A stretch of DNA of 64,000 nt from the human T2T-CHM13v2.0 reference genome, Homo sapiens: the NCBI RefSeq assembly GCF_009914755.1, contig NC_060929.1. One strand, given 5' to 3'. The notes beneath the pieces are model-generated. The model was not told the origin of the DNA and did no database searches. It was given only the letters and a program-made list of their open reading frames with translations. Below, piece by piece: positions 45,521 to 58,846 of this stretch. The first letter of the stretch is position 1. Every line of letters begins with the position of its first letter. Made by a program: the position numbers and the translations under genes.

Positions 45521-47949
45521 AACTAGCTAGAAGAGAAGAAGTACTCATCTCATTTTATTCTCTTTTTTTCTGCTTTCAATCTAAACAATTCTACCTGGGG
45601 CTTTTCCACTATGGAAAATATGTCAGTATAAAATCATCTCACCCCAAAACCCTTTGAATAACTATTACTATATTATTTTATAAGCTTGTTTAATACAGAA
45701 AAAAACTCTAAAATTTCCTTAGAAATCTTGTTAAAGAATATGTTTTCTTACATAGTTATGCTATCTCATTTATTTTTCTAAATATGTATAGATTTTCTAT
45801 GATTTTTAAATTTGTTTAGTTAACATCTCCTTATGTGAAGTTTCAAATAAAGGATCATGTTTAAGATATACAAAAGTTTTGGATGCAATTGTTTAGCATG
45901 CGGGCACTGGTGAATCAGTTTAGTTGACTCAGGATGGCAATGCGACTGAATCTGCAATGGTACTAACAGATGCTACAGTAAGTTCATACCTATTGGCAAC
46001 ACTGATACTACAATTAAGTCACGTGAAAACTTCAAAACAGTAGTAGATTACTCATGACAAAAACATTTAATTTAAAAATACAATATGTCATGGTTCTAAA
46101 AATGGAAAATTATATTTCAAGTCATAAAAATCTAAAGTTAAATTACCAAAATAGCTGAAAAGCTTAAACTGGATAGCAGTGACTATGCTATTCATGTGTT
46201 ACATATGCACAGAAGTGCTATGACAAATACATTTAAATAAGCTTGATGTTCCAAAACCTGCAAAGGCATTTAGTGGCAATAAAATTTGTATTGAATTTGG
46301 ATAAATTTTAGACAATTAGCCATCTTCTAAATGTGATTTTAGCCAAGTAATCCAATGGGACACATGACTTATCCACATTTATTACTCATTAGAGGAGAGT
46401 AATTCCTGTCATAGCCAAACATCAAGGGATTTATTGTCATAAATTCAGATCAGCTAATGGACTCTGTAACCCTTTTTGCCAACGTACAAATCCCTGGGCA
46501 AGATATATGAAATATAAATTGATCACAGATATGTGCTCTAATACGGACTGAATATACACAAATACCTGAGATTTTCCAGCCTACATTTCTAATAGTTTAT
46601 AGTGTTTATAGCTGTATATTATGTGAATTACTTCAATTCACATAGCACGTATTCATCACACATAGACACACACAGAGGAAGGAAAGTTACAATATTTCTT
46701 TTCATGAAATATACCCCAATTGTTTCTGACTAGAATACTCTTAAGTGTTTTATATATATATAGTATGTAAATGTTTATTTGCATATCATACACACATTTT
46801 TTTCAAGAGTATTTCAATATCACAAACTGTACAAAAATGTCTCATGGCTACTCTTTAACTGCCCATGAATTTGAAAATGATCACCCCAGAACTCAAACAG
46901 CATACTCCCTTGACCATTTTTCCTTCCCTTATAATTTTTTCCCCTTATTACTGCTTATTTTCTAATAATCTGCTTCACAGTCTTTAGGAGCAGAATACTT
47001 TCCCCTAAGATTCTTTCAATTCCCTTCTAGCCAAAAATGACACAAACAATCTCCGGGAAGTCACACATATTCATCCAGGGCACAGGTCACTCTTGTTTAC
47101 ACATGAGCCCCTTCTCCTCATCTGTCTCTGAGGTGCTGATACTTTGGAGACGGCAGCTAACTGCCTTATTTCCTAGCAATGACATTTCCTGTCAGCAGCA
47201 GAAATGGCAAACCAGATTTGATTTTATGAGAACTGGCTTGTGGTTTTCCACCAAATTTAAACCATACTATGCTCTAGTGTGTGGAAGGAACTTACAGAAC
47301 TTTTTATTTTACATTTTCAACTCAATTATACTGTCTGACACCGCTGGATGTCATCAACAAATAAGAACAAATAATTGAATTACCTGTTTTACTGTGGAAT
47401 TTCTATTCTATTACACCTGCAAGAAGCTGTTTTCATTTTGCTTGATGTTTTATTCAACTTGAATAAAATTTTTATTTAGTAACTTCATGAAATATTTGTA
47501 ATTTTTATAAAATATTTGTGGGAGATTGTCACTAAGAAATTTTTTTCAATGCTAATAAATTCAAGGTATATCTTTGTGTGTGTATGAAAACCACCAGAAA
47601 TTTCAAGCCACTAAAGCTACTTCTCTTTCAAAAATAAATTTAATACCCATGGAATAATACTAATCAAATGTAAAAGCATTTGTTCCCTGCACAGGTTGGG
47701 GAAAGTTACAGATATCTGACAAAGAATAGGAATGTTCTGTTTGAAGGCCAGCACAATAGTTACCCTGATTTCTTGGTACTCTTCTATAATCATAGGACAA
47801 TTTAGCTTTTCTCTGAAAAAGAATGAGATATTCTTATTATTTCTCAGAATGGGAAAACAGGCTACATGAATTAGTCTAAGCCTATCCAAATATTGCAACA
47901 AACCTATCAGGATATCCACATGATTCAAAGAAGACTTCTCAGTCTACCC

Positions 47950-48215
47950 TCCCTGAGAAGGCAACTTCCTTTCGTCCTTATCTAGGGCCTCACTCAGCTT
48001 TTCATTCGTTCATTTTATTGGTTTTCATTAAGTTTATTATGACATGGCATGTTTTATTTAGTTATATAGTGTTTGGTGTCTCCAACAGAATGCAAAAATT
48101 CATGTTCCCAGGGATTTCACTCCAACTCTACAGCATCTAAAATAGAACCCACACATGCTAAGGCATTTACAAATATATAATGAATGAATGAAGGAAGGAA
48201 TGAATGAATAAGTAA
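47950..48215 (+). mobile_element. L2 3' end with (TGAA)n tail
   Basis: Ends aatgaatgaatgaaggaaggaatgaatgaat. Confidence 0.7.
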
Positions 48216-49049
48216 ATAAATCACATTTCTATAGCTCCTTTCAGCTTAAAAATTCTTGTATCCATTCTACCTTTTAAATTAAATTTCCTATATATATATA
48301 TTTTGTTTATTTTGTTGTTAATTTTTCTTCCTATTTTTAGTTCTTCCCAAGCAAAGTAATCATAGAAAGAATATTCAAGTAATACCTACGTGTTATCCAC
48401 AAGAATAAAAAATTATACATGGAAGAGAATTATTTATTATAAAATAAATAAGTTATACAGATATTAATTATAGCTTGGAGAATAGTGACATAAATTTAGG
48501 AAAGTGAAATCTGGACAGATTTTGGAAAAAAAGTAAGAGGTGAACTGGGTTTGGAAAATTGGATAACATTTAGGTAGGGGTTAAGATGTTAGAAGGGGAC
48601 TAAGTACATGCATAATTTCACAAGCAAGAAAGCTCAGAGATAGGAAGGAGCAATTAGGAGACCAAGTAAGAGAGTCGTTTGCCTAAATTAAACATTATAA
48701 AGACAGGAAATGGTAAAAGGTAAATTGGGGAAGACTTGTTAAAAACTAATCAAAAAAGAAAACTTCTCAGCAGAGACCATTCTCTTAGAGAATTGGATGT
48801 GACACAGGCATATTTTGGATTGAAGATGAAGAAAAATCTTTAGTACTGGGCATGTCCAGGGTGTAAGTAAGCTTCTTTGTGGTGCTTCCTGAGCAGCATG
48901 AGAGCCATAGAATTGAGGTACAGGAATGGGAAGTGCTAACAGTGTAGAAGACATTGTTGAACAGATTATCCGCTTTCTGTGGTTTCTACTTAAGCTAGTC
49001 TTGAATATCTTATTTTACAAATGAGAATGACCTCAGCGATCATCTCATT

Positions 49050-49229
49050 CAGCAATCTTCAATGCTGGCTGCACATTAAGAATCACCTGGGGAGCCTTAA
49101 ATAACTACCAAAGCCTGGCCCACCCCCAAAGACACTGATTTCATATTGGTCTGCAGTAGGTACCAGGCATTGGTAGTTTTAAAATCTCCCCAGGTAATTC
49201 TAATGTGTAGCCAAGGTTGAGAACCACTG
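49050..49229. mobile_element. MER5B-like MITE inserted in a MIR
   Basis: ggctgcacattaagaatcacctggggag...ccccaggtaattctaatgtgtagccaaggttgagaaccactg. MIR-like text on both sides (gcaaatgaggaaattgagacc). Confidence 0.85.
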
Positions 49230-49567
49230 ACCTAACCTAACACTCAACTCTTTGCAAATGAGGAAATTGAGACCTAGAGAAATTAAATGTGGCTCAGGAC
49301 CACGCAGATTTTAAGTGTTTTTTTTCTCATCAATTCAGATTTAGTTCTCTGATTGTCTTTTCTAAAAAATACTTCTCCAGCACGTCAAAGGCAGATATAC
49401 TTCCCATGATATCCTGTACTGTCTTGCCAGATGCTGCCTCTACTCTATTTTCTTCCTCACTATTGGGATAGTTCTTTAAGGGTGGAGGCACAACACTTTT
49501 TAAGTCTTGTTTTTCCCAAATAAACAGTACAGTGCTCAGTAAACATGTATGAAATAAAAAAGTAATA

Positions 49568-49858
49568 GGCTGGGCACAGTGGCTCATGCCTGTAATCCCA
49601 GAAATTTGGGAGGCCGAGGTAGGTGGATCACTTGAGGTCAGGAGTTTGAGACCAACATGGAGAAACCCTGACTCTACTAAAAATACAAAATTAGCCAAGT
49701 GTGGTGGTGCATGCCTGTAATCCCAGCTACTCAGGAGGCTGAGGCAGGAGAATCACTTGAACCCAGGAGGCGGAGGTTGCAGTGAGCCGAGATTGCATTC
49801 TTGCTCTCCAGCCTGGGCAGCAGAGCGAGACTCCATCTCAAAAATAAATAAATAAAAA
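49568..49858 (+). mobile_element. AluSp-like
   Basis: Dimer with accaacatggagaaacc and a small deletion in the left arm. Confidence 0.95.
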
Positions 49859-50009
49859 ATTTAAAAAAAGGAATAAATGCAAACTAGCCCTGTTCCTGAA
49901 GGTTTATTTTAGCGTTTTTCCCATGGTCTCCTTCTATATCCCTATTCTCCAGATGATGACTTCAAATTTGAAGGGCAGGGAGAAACTCTCAGTTCAAATC
50001 TTCTTTAGA

Positions 50010-50545
50010 ATCACTCAAGGCCACTGTTGACTGGCTAGCTCCTTTGACCCACTCTTCTCACTTTCTAGAGAATAAAATCTCAAATTCCATACCTGGGATC
50101 TAATGTTCTTAACAATAAAGTCACTATCTTTCTAAACTTATTCTCTGGAATACATCTTCAGATGATTTCATATTTCTTTCAAAAAAGGCTTATGCTCTTA
50201 AGTCAGTCGCTTTTCCCTCTCCCTGGAATTCTCTTCCCCCTGGCCCTTTTTTATCCAGCTAAGACCCATCCATCCTTTAAATTGCAGCTCAGATATCATT
50301 TCCTCCGTGTAACCTTTCCCTGACCTCTCAGACAGAACAGATCACTTCCTATTTCATGCTCTCTTAGCACTTGGGACATTGTGCTGCAGTGGATGGGAGG
50401 CAGTCAGTGGGTGCCCCTCCTCCATACAGCCCTGTGTATTACCTCTGGGAGGAGAAGACTCCATAGTTTTATTTATTTTATATCCCCAGAAGTTGGAACA
50501 ATGATAATATACTTGGTACTTAATAAATGTTTGTTGGTTGAAGCA
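50010..50545 (+). mobile_element. L2 3' fragment
   Basis: aaacctttccctgac-like motif, tatccccag, ending ttaataaatgtttgttggttgaa. Confidence 0.7.
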
Positions 50546-50805
50546 GGTGAAAGCTTGTGAATTTTTTCTTAGGTGTTCTTTGGGTTTAAATATAACTATA
50601 TAAAGAACCAAACTCAAATGATAAATTAGCAACAAACCAAAGAACTATAGTTTGAAACTCAAGCTTGATACTATTAACTGAAATTTAAGACATTCAATAT
50701 AGTGGCAAAATTCTGGGTCTCCAGTTTTAATGAATTTCTAAACAGGTTAACAGTGGTTCCTAGTTTATAAAGGTGTGAAACTGATGCATTCTTTGATGTT
50801 AGATG

Positions 50806-51147
<342 letters not shown>

Positions 51148-51232
51148 TAATGTCCATCCAGGATCTAACTTCAAATTCTGGCCACTATGGTCTTCCCTTA
51201 TTTTAATGACAGAAACATTGAGGTTTCTAATC

Positions 51233-51238
<6 letters not shown>

Positions 51239-51284
<46 letters not shown>
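51239..51284. repeat. (TG)23 microsatellite
   Basis: Direct reading. Confidence 0.97.
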
Positions 51285-51287
<3 letters not shown>

Positions 51288-53439
51288 TTTCACTGGCAGA
51301 GGAAATTAATCCATGCATATTTGAGAACAAATATGTCAAATCTATCAAATTTTGAACTTAAGGAATAAGTAGAAAATGAATTATTCTCAGGTGCCCACCT
51401 TCTTTCATAAATATAGATTAAAATGCCACTAAAGCAGCAAATTACTTATTAGAGTTATTTCGAAGTTAGAGTAATCTGACTTAAAATGATGGTTATTTAT
51501 TTAGTTGAGAAATAATTAATTGAAAAGCAAATGCAGCATTGCCCCGATTTTGTGCAAAAGAGCTCCATTCAATAAAAATGTCAACACCACCACCACAGAT
51601 GTAGAAATTGAGAGAGATGGGCAGGATCTTGGAGATACTTCTATAAATAGGGAAACTAAGTCGTAGGACCATCAACCGAGTTGCCCAAGATCTCACAGCT
51701 AGTTCTCAGTATAGTGGGTGCTTTGTGTAAGTGTAAAGCTTTATCCTGCAATTCTATTTTCATTGCAGATCAACCACTTGAGTTCATTGTTATAGTTCCA
51801 TTAAGTCCAATATGAAGAATTATCTAATAATATTTCTTTGAATATGTACTTTAGCACATACCTTTGCCTGTTTCAGAAATGATAAAATCTCATCAAATTC
51901 ACAATAAAATGGTTTTGTTCCCACAAGAGCAAACTGTCTCACTACCATGTCATCTTTCATGTTTGTGAAACACTGGCCCCTCTTGGTTGTGCTTCCCACT
52001 TCCCTGGGTAAAAGTTACCCATTCTTGAATCTCTATCTCAGACCAAAACTTCTCCAGGAAAATGTTCAAGACCCCCAAAGCTCATGTGCTGTCATTATGC
52101 ACATCATAAGCACTATACATGCTGTCTCTGTATTTTCAGGTATCTGGTGGGCATCCACATGGTTATGTGCCCATCCCCCAGTCTCCCTGAAATCTCTTAA
52201 ACTGGATAATGCGTACCTATTCACATGGCAACCTAGGAAATTGCCATATTCCTTATGTGACCTTGTCATCAATTAGTTTTGTGTGGATACCTGATTCCTG
52301 CTGAAACTATTATAATATAATATTCCACCTTTTAATAGTTGATCTATTGATCTATTGATGTGCTCTTGACCCATGCTGATACTGTTTTCTCCCCTCCGTA
52401 TTTTAGCTAAATGGGCTGTATTCATGTTATGGGCAGTAAATTGCTAAATATTGAAGTAGATCATGTTGTTTTCCAGAATGAGACTATGGTGGGAGGAGTG
52501 CAGCATGTTTGGTTGCAAGATACATTTTCAGCTCTAATTTGGAGTACTGGCTGGTTCTGTGCATATGGTGGTTGAAGCCATGATGGTACAACACATCTTA
52601 TGTCTCATCATGTGACTTAGTAGATATTAGGCTGTGTAATAAATTTATCACTCAAACGTTCACTAGTGAGCTACACCTGTGGTTTTGCAGCAGGATGTTC
52701 CTGGCATTCTGGAAATTAATTTTTAAAAAAATGTTTAGCTGAAGCCTCTTGGCTTATGGAACTTTTCCATTTTGGTGAAAGACTCAATCCTTGTAGCAAG
52801 GACTGAAACAAGTTTAACAAGACACAAAGCTCAACTGTCAATTCCCTGGGGCCATGTAGTCAACATATGTTCTTATTAAAAATTAATTTTTGTCTATTTA
52901 AATTTAGTTCTTAGTCATTCTGATTGTCTATTTCTTCCTATTCTTTGTCCTTCAATCCACTGACCTGAAGGTCCTGTGTCAAAAGATTGGACGCAAATAC
53001 ATCTTCTAGGGTTGGGGGATGTGGCATTTACCAAGGGCTGAAAAATGAGAAATGGAACAGAAGAGGGGAATAGAAGCTTTGTATGTCATTTATTGTCAGT
53101 ATTTGTTGCTTTGAGTACTCACTGTGAAAGTGCAGGGGCCGACTGATCCCCACACAGCCATATAAGACTGGGTGGAGAGTTTTGTACTCTTTCTAGCAGC
53201 AATGACCCATCATCTATAAATGCCTGAAGAGAAGTCTAAAATTCTGGGAGCTTTTAAGACTTGCTTTGTGTAGGTAGCTTGGACCAAGAGCAGGAAGTCA
53301 GAATAGATTCCTTCTTATGACTTTCACCTGTAAATTATTCACTTATCCACAGATGTGTTTACTTTTTGATTTGAGTAAATGTGAAAAAAATCCTTTCTCT
53401 GGCCTTTCTGATTTGTCCAAATATGTGCACCTTTGGGGA

Positions 53440-53630
53440 AAGACAGAACTGGATTTAAGGCTTTTCATAATGATTCTGCTTAACCTGTCTCAGCCTCAGT
53501 TTTTTTCATCTGTAAAAAAGGCATAATAATATATTCTGGGGGAGGTCACGATGAATAAATGAAATAATATGTATTGACCTCCTGACATAGTGCCTGGCAT
53601 TTCATAAATGCTTTATAAATTGTTGCAATT
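53440..53630 (+). mobile_element. MIR
   Basis: cttaacctgtctcagcctcagttttttcatctgtaaaa...atagtgcctggca. Confidence 0.8.
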
Positions 53631-56582
53631 ATTAAGCGATATATTGGCGTTTGCCCTAGTACACTGTAAAAGAAGGAGCTTCACATCAATGTAATTTGGA
53701 GAGTGAGCAAAGAGGTCTTCCTTTCTGCTGCTTCATGGTCACAGAAAAACAGCCAGTAGTCCCCAGTCCATTTTCAAGGAAAGGAGAGAATGAAAGAAAG
53801 CAAGAGCAAGTTGCAACTTCCAGACTCAAGAAGAAAAGTTGCTGTTTAGTGCTTCCTGGGAAGCTATAAAATTACTGAATTTCTAAATGCCTTCAAAATT
53901 TAATGGTATTATTTGATTATGTTGAATATTTTTAATTCAATTCATTCCTTACTTTATCAGCAACAAAAACAGTTTATAATTCAGAACTCTATAATTTTCA
54001 AAACCCTATCAAGCAGAATTACCCTCTTTATCACAATTCTGTGGGAACAGCAAGGGCTGCCTTCTGTCCTCATTCTCCTGAGAAAGAATTTAGGAGGCTG
54101 CAAGAAGGGAAGGCCTCCCTCTTACTCAGATCAGTATTAGGACCAGGAAAAGCACCCAAATTGTTTGGCTTCCTGGCCCCTGTAGTAGGCTGAATCATCA
54201 CTTGCCAATATTGTTATGGCCTCTGAGGCAATAGAATGTAATAAAGTATAACCAGAATTACTCGTCCATAATACAAATAAATTCCTGTTTGGATATGCCT
54301 CATGGCATGATTTCAAGCAGCTCACAGACATCCTGTGCCACCTCATTCACTCTCACATGCCTCTGAGGTGAGGGGGATAACAGCACTAGTATCATTTGAT
54401 ACTGATACAAATCGGCTCTAAATATTGTGGGGATGCTGGTGGTGTTATTGCTGGACTCCATTACACAAGTTTCATGAGCCAGTGAAAATCACTGAAGAAT
54501 AACATTGTCATTTAAATTTTGAGTAAACTTTTAATTTAAAATTAAGTTTGATGACTACCCTCTGTTGAATGGAATATTTCGCTTAAATGAAATATTTATA
54601 TCTTAACTCATGATCAGGGCAAAGATGTCATGTGCTGTTATTTATTTTTCTCATGTTATAAATTTTTAGAATATGTTTTTAGAAAGTTATTTCCTTTTTT
54701 TGTCTTTTCATTTTAGGATCCTGGCTGTAAATCAGCAATGCAATGCAACATGTATTTGGATGAAATATCACAAGAACTTTTCATTTTAGTTAAAGTTAAT
54801 ATTAGTTTAGTTATAACTTATAAAAATTGTGTTAACGTCAGTGTTTATTTGTCTTTCAAAGAGTTATAACTTTATTGATAGCAAAACATAATGCTTAAAC
54901 AGATAATAACATTATAAAAAATGTCCTGGAACTAGAATATTCTAGCATAAAATAGTAGCAATCTTTTGAAAAGACTCTTTATAGTAACAAATATTTTAAA
55001 ATAAATTATTCACTTTCAGCATTGAAAATCATAGTTAGTCCTTCGGGACAAATACATATATTTTTAAAATGCCTGTAAAGATTTTCTTTCATTCATTTGA
55101 TCCTATTAACTTGAAATTTGAAAGTAACACTTTGTTTCCTGTGTGATAAGACACAAAGAGAAACAACAACCGTGTTTCTACTAATATCCTCTCCAACACA
55201 GTGCCAGTAATTCCCTATCTTCTGTAATACCTCCAGTGACTGGAATCATTAATCCCATGTTTTGAAAATTATTTAAGATTGAAGGTGCCACAGTTGTACA
55301 TATTGGTTCAGTCTCTAGAGCCCTAAGAAAAGATTTAGTGCATTTTCAAAAGAATTTTGCAGGTAGGAGCCCAAATGGATTTTCAACTAGGCCTCAACCT
55401 TTTTGAAACCTACTGATGTTGAATAGTCTTTTACTGGTTGCCATGCCAACTGATACCAGAGGAACACTCTGCAGTGCGTTCATCCCCTAGAAAGCTTCAC
55501 CAGATGTCTTCAACAAATTGCTATGAAAAGACTTTGGTCTGTCAGCCTTGTTAGGAGATAAAAATCAGGCTAAGAGACGTCCCTGCCTCCACTTCTGATA
55601 AAACCAACCCATAAAATATGTAGACTTGTTCCACTCTCACAATAAACCAGTAAAATCTCTCACCCCCACCCCAACCCTCCTTACTTCCTGTAGCAGGATT
55701 TTTAAAATATTTATGCTCTTATTTCTACATGAAGCAGAGGCCATTATGTGTTGCAGCTGACATTGTCTGGCCGAGCAAAGCGAGAAGCATCTGGCTAGCA
55801 GCAAGGAAAGACAGCAAGTTGATAAATTATTGATTTACATAAATCAACACCCTTTAAATATTGGTCTTTTGAAGAAAAAAGCTTTTATGTTATTTCAGGT
55901 TGAAAAGTGTTAAGATGATAAACACAAAGTCAGCTGTGTCATAATTTTATATTTCTAATCAAACATATACAGGCATCGCATGAATAAATACAGTATATCC
56001 TATAAATTTGGGACCAAATGAATAAACTTTGCTTTCATGAATATCAAATAGGCAAACAGGAGTATTTTTTCAAATATATTTAAAATTTTAAAATATTTTT
56101 CCTGCCTAAATATTAATACATTTTCTGTACTGAAAATGAAAAAAGGAAAACTATTTAAAGGGTCATTTTCTTTAGGAAAAGAAAAAAGAAACCTGGCAAA
56201 TAGGGTCCACATGGAATATTATTTACATGCACCAATTGGCATCTGTATGTTTAAATTGTGGGTTTGCACGTGCAAATGAATCATTAACTGTCAAATTACC
56301 TGTTTGCATATGCAGTTATTCCAAGCAGTATGAAAATGTGTGGAATTTGCATATACAATTGAGGCTTAGGCATTTACAAAGCCCGATTTTTAAACAGGAA
56401 TTTTAAATCTTACTGTTAATTAGCAAGACAAGGAATTACCAAATTGAATCCAACATGTATTTTAGGCTACATTGTTGTACTGCAGTTCAAATTCAAAGCC
56501 CATACAAATCACCTAAATTTAGGATTAATCAGCGATAAAATGCTATTTATTTGTATTTCCAGGATGATATGACCCTTTGTCA

Positions 56583-56585
<3 letters not shown>

Positions 56586-56613
<28 letters not shown>
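56586..56613. repeat. (TG)14 microsatellite
   Basis: Direct reading. Confidence 0.95.
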
Positions 56614-56618
<5 letters not shown>

Positions 56619-57634
56619 TTCATGTGAATGTGAGTATCTATTTGGTATGTTTGCATTTTTGACATGTACAGGAGGAACAGTTTTGGAAATATAGGAGACA
56701 ACTCATTTTCATATTTTTTTAATCTTTCCTGGAATTCAATTATTTTAGTAGCAAATTATCTGAGTAATCTGATTAAAAATTCCATTTCACTTCAATGTTT
56801 TGTTTTGACAGGTCTACAGAGTCAGATCTGTTGAGTTTCTTCCCAGATATCAGAGTGAACTAGAACCATGGACATTCATGACATGGCTCCTTATCAAAGA
56901 ACAATAAAATAGGAGTTTAACAAAATATCTATAAACTTAAAAAAAAGTTTTTCAACATGGAGAAGGAAATTTGCTCAAAAATTTAGTTGATTAAAGACAT
57001 TGCTTTACACAGAGAGAAGATAACTTATCACTGTCTGTCTCTGGATGACTGATTAGAAAGAAATTAATAGAAAATACTACAGCATATATATGTAAAATGT
57101 AAGAAGCATTTTTACAAATTAAATTAAACTTTTGTATTGTCTATGGATTCCATTTATATAGATGTTTATGCCTTGGATGTTTTAAGAGAAGTCCTGCAAG
57201 TCGTTTGTTTGGGAGTTAAAGAAATTTTAGAACTGAGGGAGAAAGGAACAGGGAGAATACAGGTTGGGTTATCAAGCTAGCCACCACTTTAGAGAGCTGG
57301 AAAAAGTCTGTGGGCTGGTGTAAAAAGTGTGTCTCAAAGTTATCTAAGGCAACCTGAGTGATGCATCACACTCATCAGTTATTGGCAGTTGGAAGTCAGG
57401 TCACCATGCACTAAAGTGGAAACGAGAGGGTGTGGACTTGTTGCTGCAATTATGAATATATTAATACATTAGTCCCTCTAATTTTTCTCTCTATTCTATG
57501 CAAACATTTTAGTAACTTCATTAAGATACTCATACTCACTAAAGCAATTTTGCTTTGCCTATATTAATGTGTCTATAATCCATCATATGAATTGATTTTA
57601 CTCTTAGTAACACTAAATAAATCGATTTCTACAA

Positions 57635-57762
57635 TAGCTACCCAACTTAAGTGTGTGCATTAAAATCACCCTAGGGCACTTGATAACAACTTGGCTTACC
57701 AAACCCATTTCCAGGGATCTTTATGCAGGTGGTTCATATGGATCATATACTGAGAAAATTAT
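57635..57762. mobile_element. Degenerate MER5-type MITE
   Basis: gcattaaaatcacc...atgcaggtggttc...ctgagaaa. Flanking ttctacaa / ttctacag. Confidence 0.55.
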
Positions 57763-58020
57763 TCTACAGAACACTCAGTTAAAATTCTATTCCAAAGAAT
57801 ATTACCACATATAAGGTTCACAGTCAATATTTTTTCTCACTTATGGCTGATAGACCACCATGCTCTTTTAAGGTAACAGGATGGCACAATGAAAGAACTC
57901 TCATCTAGTTTTTGAAAGACTGGATTAAACCCCTGGCAATACCATGTATTAGCTGTGTGAGGTACAAAACAACACTTAACTTCTCTAAGCTCCAGTTTCA
58001 ACACCAGCAAATAATACAAT

Positions 58021-58214
58021 ACTATTATTACTAGTATAGTAATATAGTATTATTACTAATATAGTAATATACTAGTATTAATACTAGTATTATTACTAGT
58101 ATATTATTACTAGTAATATACTAGTAATAATACTAGCATAGTAATATACTAGTACTAATACTACTATTATTACTAGCATAGTAATAATACTAGTATTATT
58201 ACTAGTATATTACT
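58021..58214. repeat. Palindromic AT-rich minisatellite built from ACTAGT/TATTA units
   Basis: Nine ACTAGT and two ACTAGC within ~195 bp, with nested inverted repeats. Confidence 0.95.
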
Positions 58215-58485
58215 CAGAAATTCAAGTGTTTCTACAATTAAACTCGAATTTTTTGGTTGTCTTTCACCTTCCTTCAAACTATGTGTACACCAAAACCCAT
58301 ATTTAGGAATTAATTTAAATTATTGACCTGCTTGAGATGGAATACTAATTCAACTTAAAGTTTCTGTCACTTAGGACAGTTCACCTGGCCTCTTCAGATC
58401 TTTTTTGTTTTGTATTAAATGAAAACAATGGGTTAGGATTATTTCTTAAATTCCTTATAGCTATGACATTCTATGAGTCATTTGA

Positions 58486-58792
58486 TTTTTTTTTTTTTTT
58501 TTTTTTTTTTTTGAGACAGAATCTAGCTCTGTTGCCCGGGCTAGTGTGCAGTGGTGTGATCTCAGCTCACTGCAACCTCTGCCTCCCGATTCAAGTGATT
58601 CTCCTGCCTCAGGCTCCTGGGTAGCTGGGACTACAGGTGCGTGCCACCAGGCCTGGCTAATTTTTTGTATTTTTAATAGAGACAGGGTTTCACCATGTTA
58701 GCCAGGATGGTCTCCATCTCCTGGCCTGTTGATCCACCCACCTCGGCCTCCCGAAGTGCTGGGATTACAGGCGTGAGCCACCATGCCAGGCC
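58486..58792 (-). mobile_element. AluSc-like
   Basis: Reverse dimer (gttagccaggatggtctc) with a long T-tail. Confidence 0.96.
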
Positions 58793-58846
58793 TGATTTTG
58801 TTTTTTTAAAAATATTAAATTGCACACAATTAGCCCCCCATTTCCT

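Noticed and set aside
45897-45983. 81-nt plus-strand coding exon (tttag|...|gtaagt) with a TACTAAC inside
   Set aside because: Weak pyrimidine tract and stops in all three frames.
47384-47450. Micro-exon on the minus strand
   Set aside because: Short pyrimidine tract, all frames closed, expected by chance.
53155-53225. Core promoter (ccatataaga, ctataaat)
   Set aside because: Imperfect CArG/TATA-like matches only, with no CpG island or downstream exon support.
58021-58214. CRISPR-like array
   Set aside because: No unique spacers, eukaryotic context, simple palindromic minisatellite.
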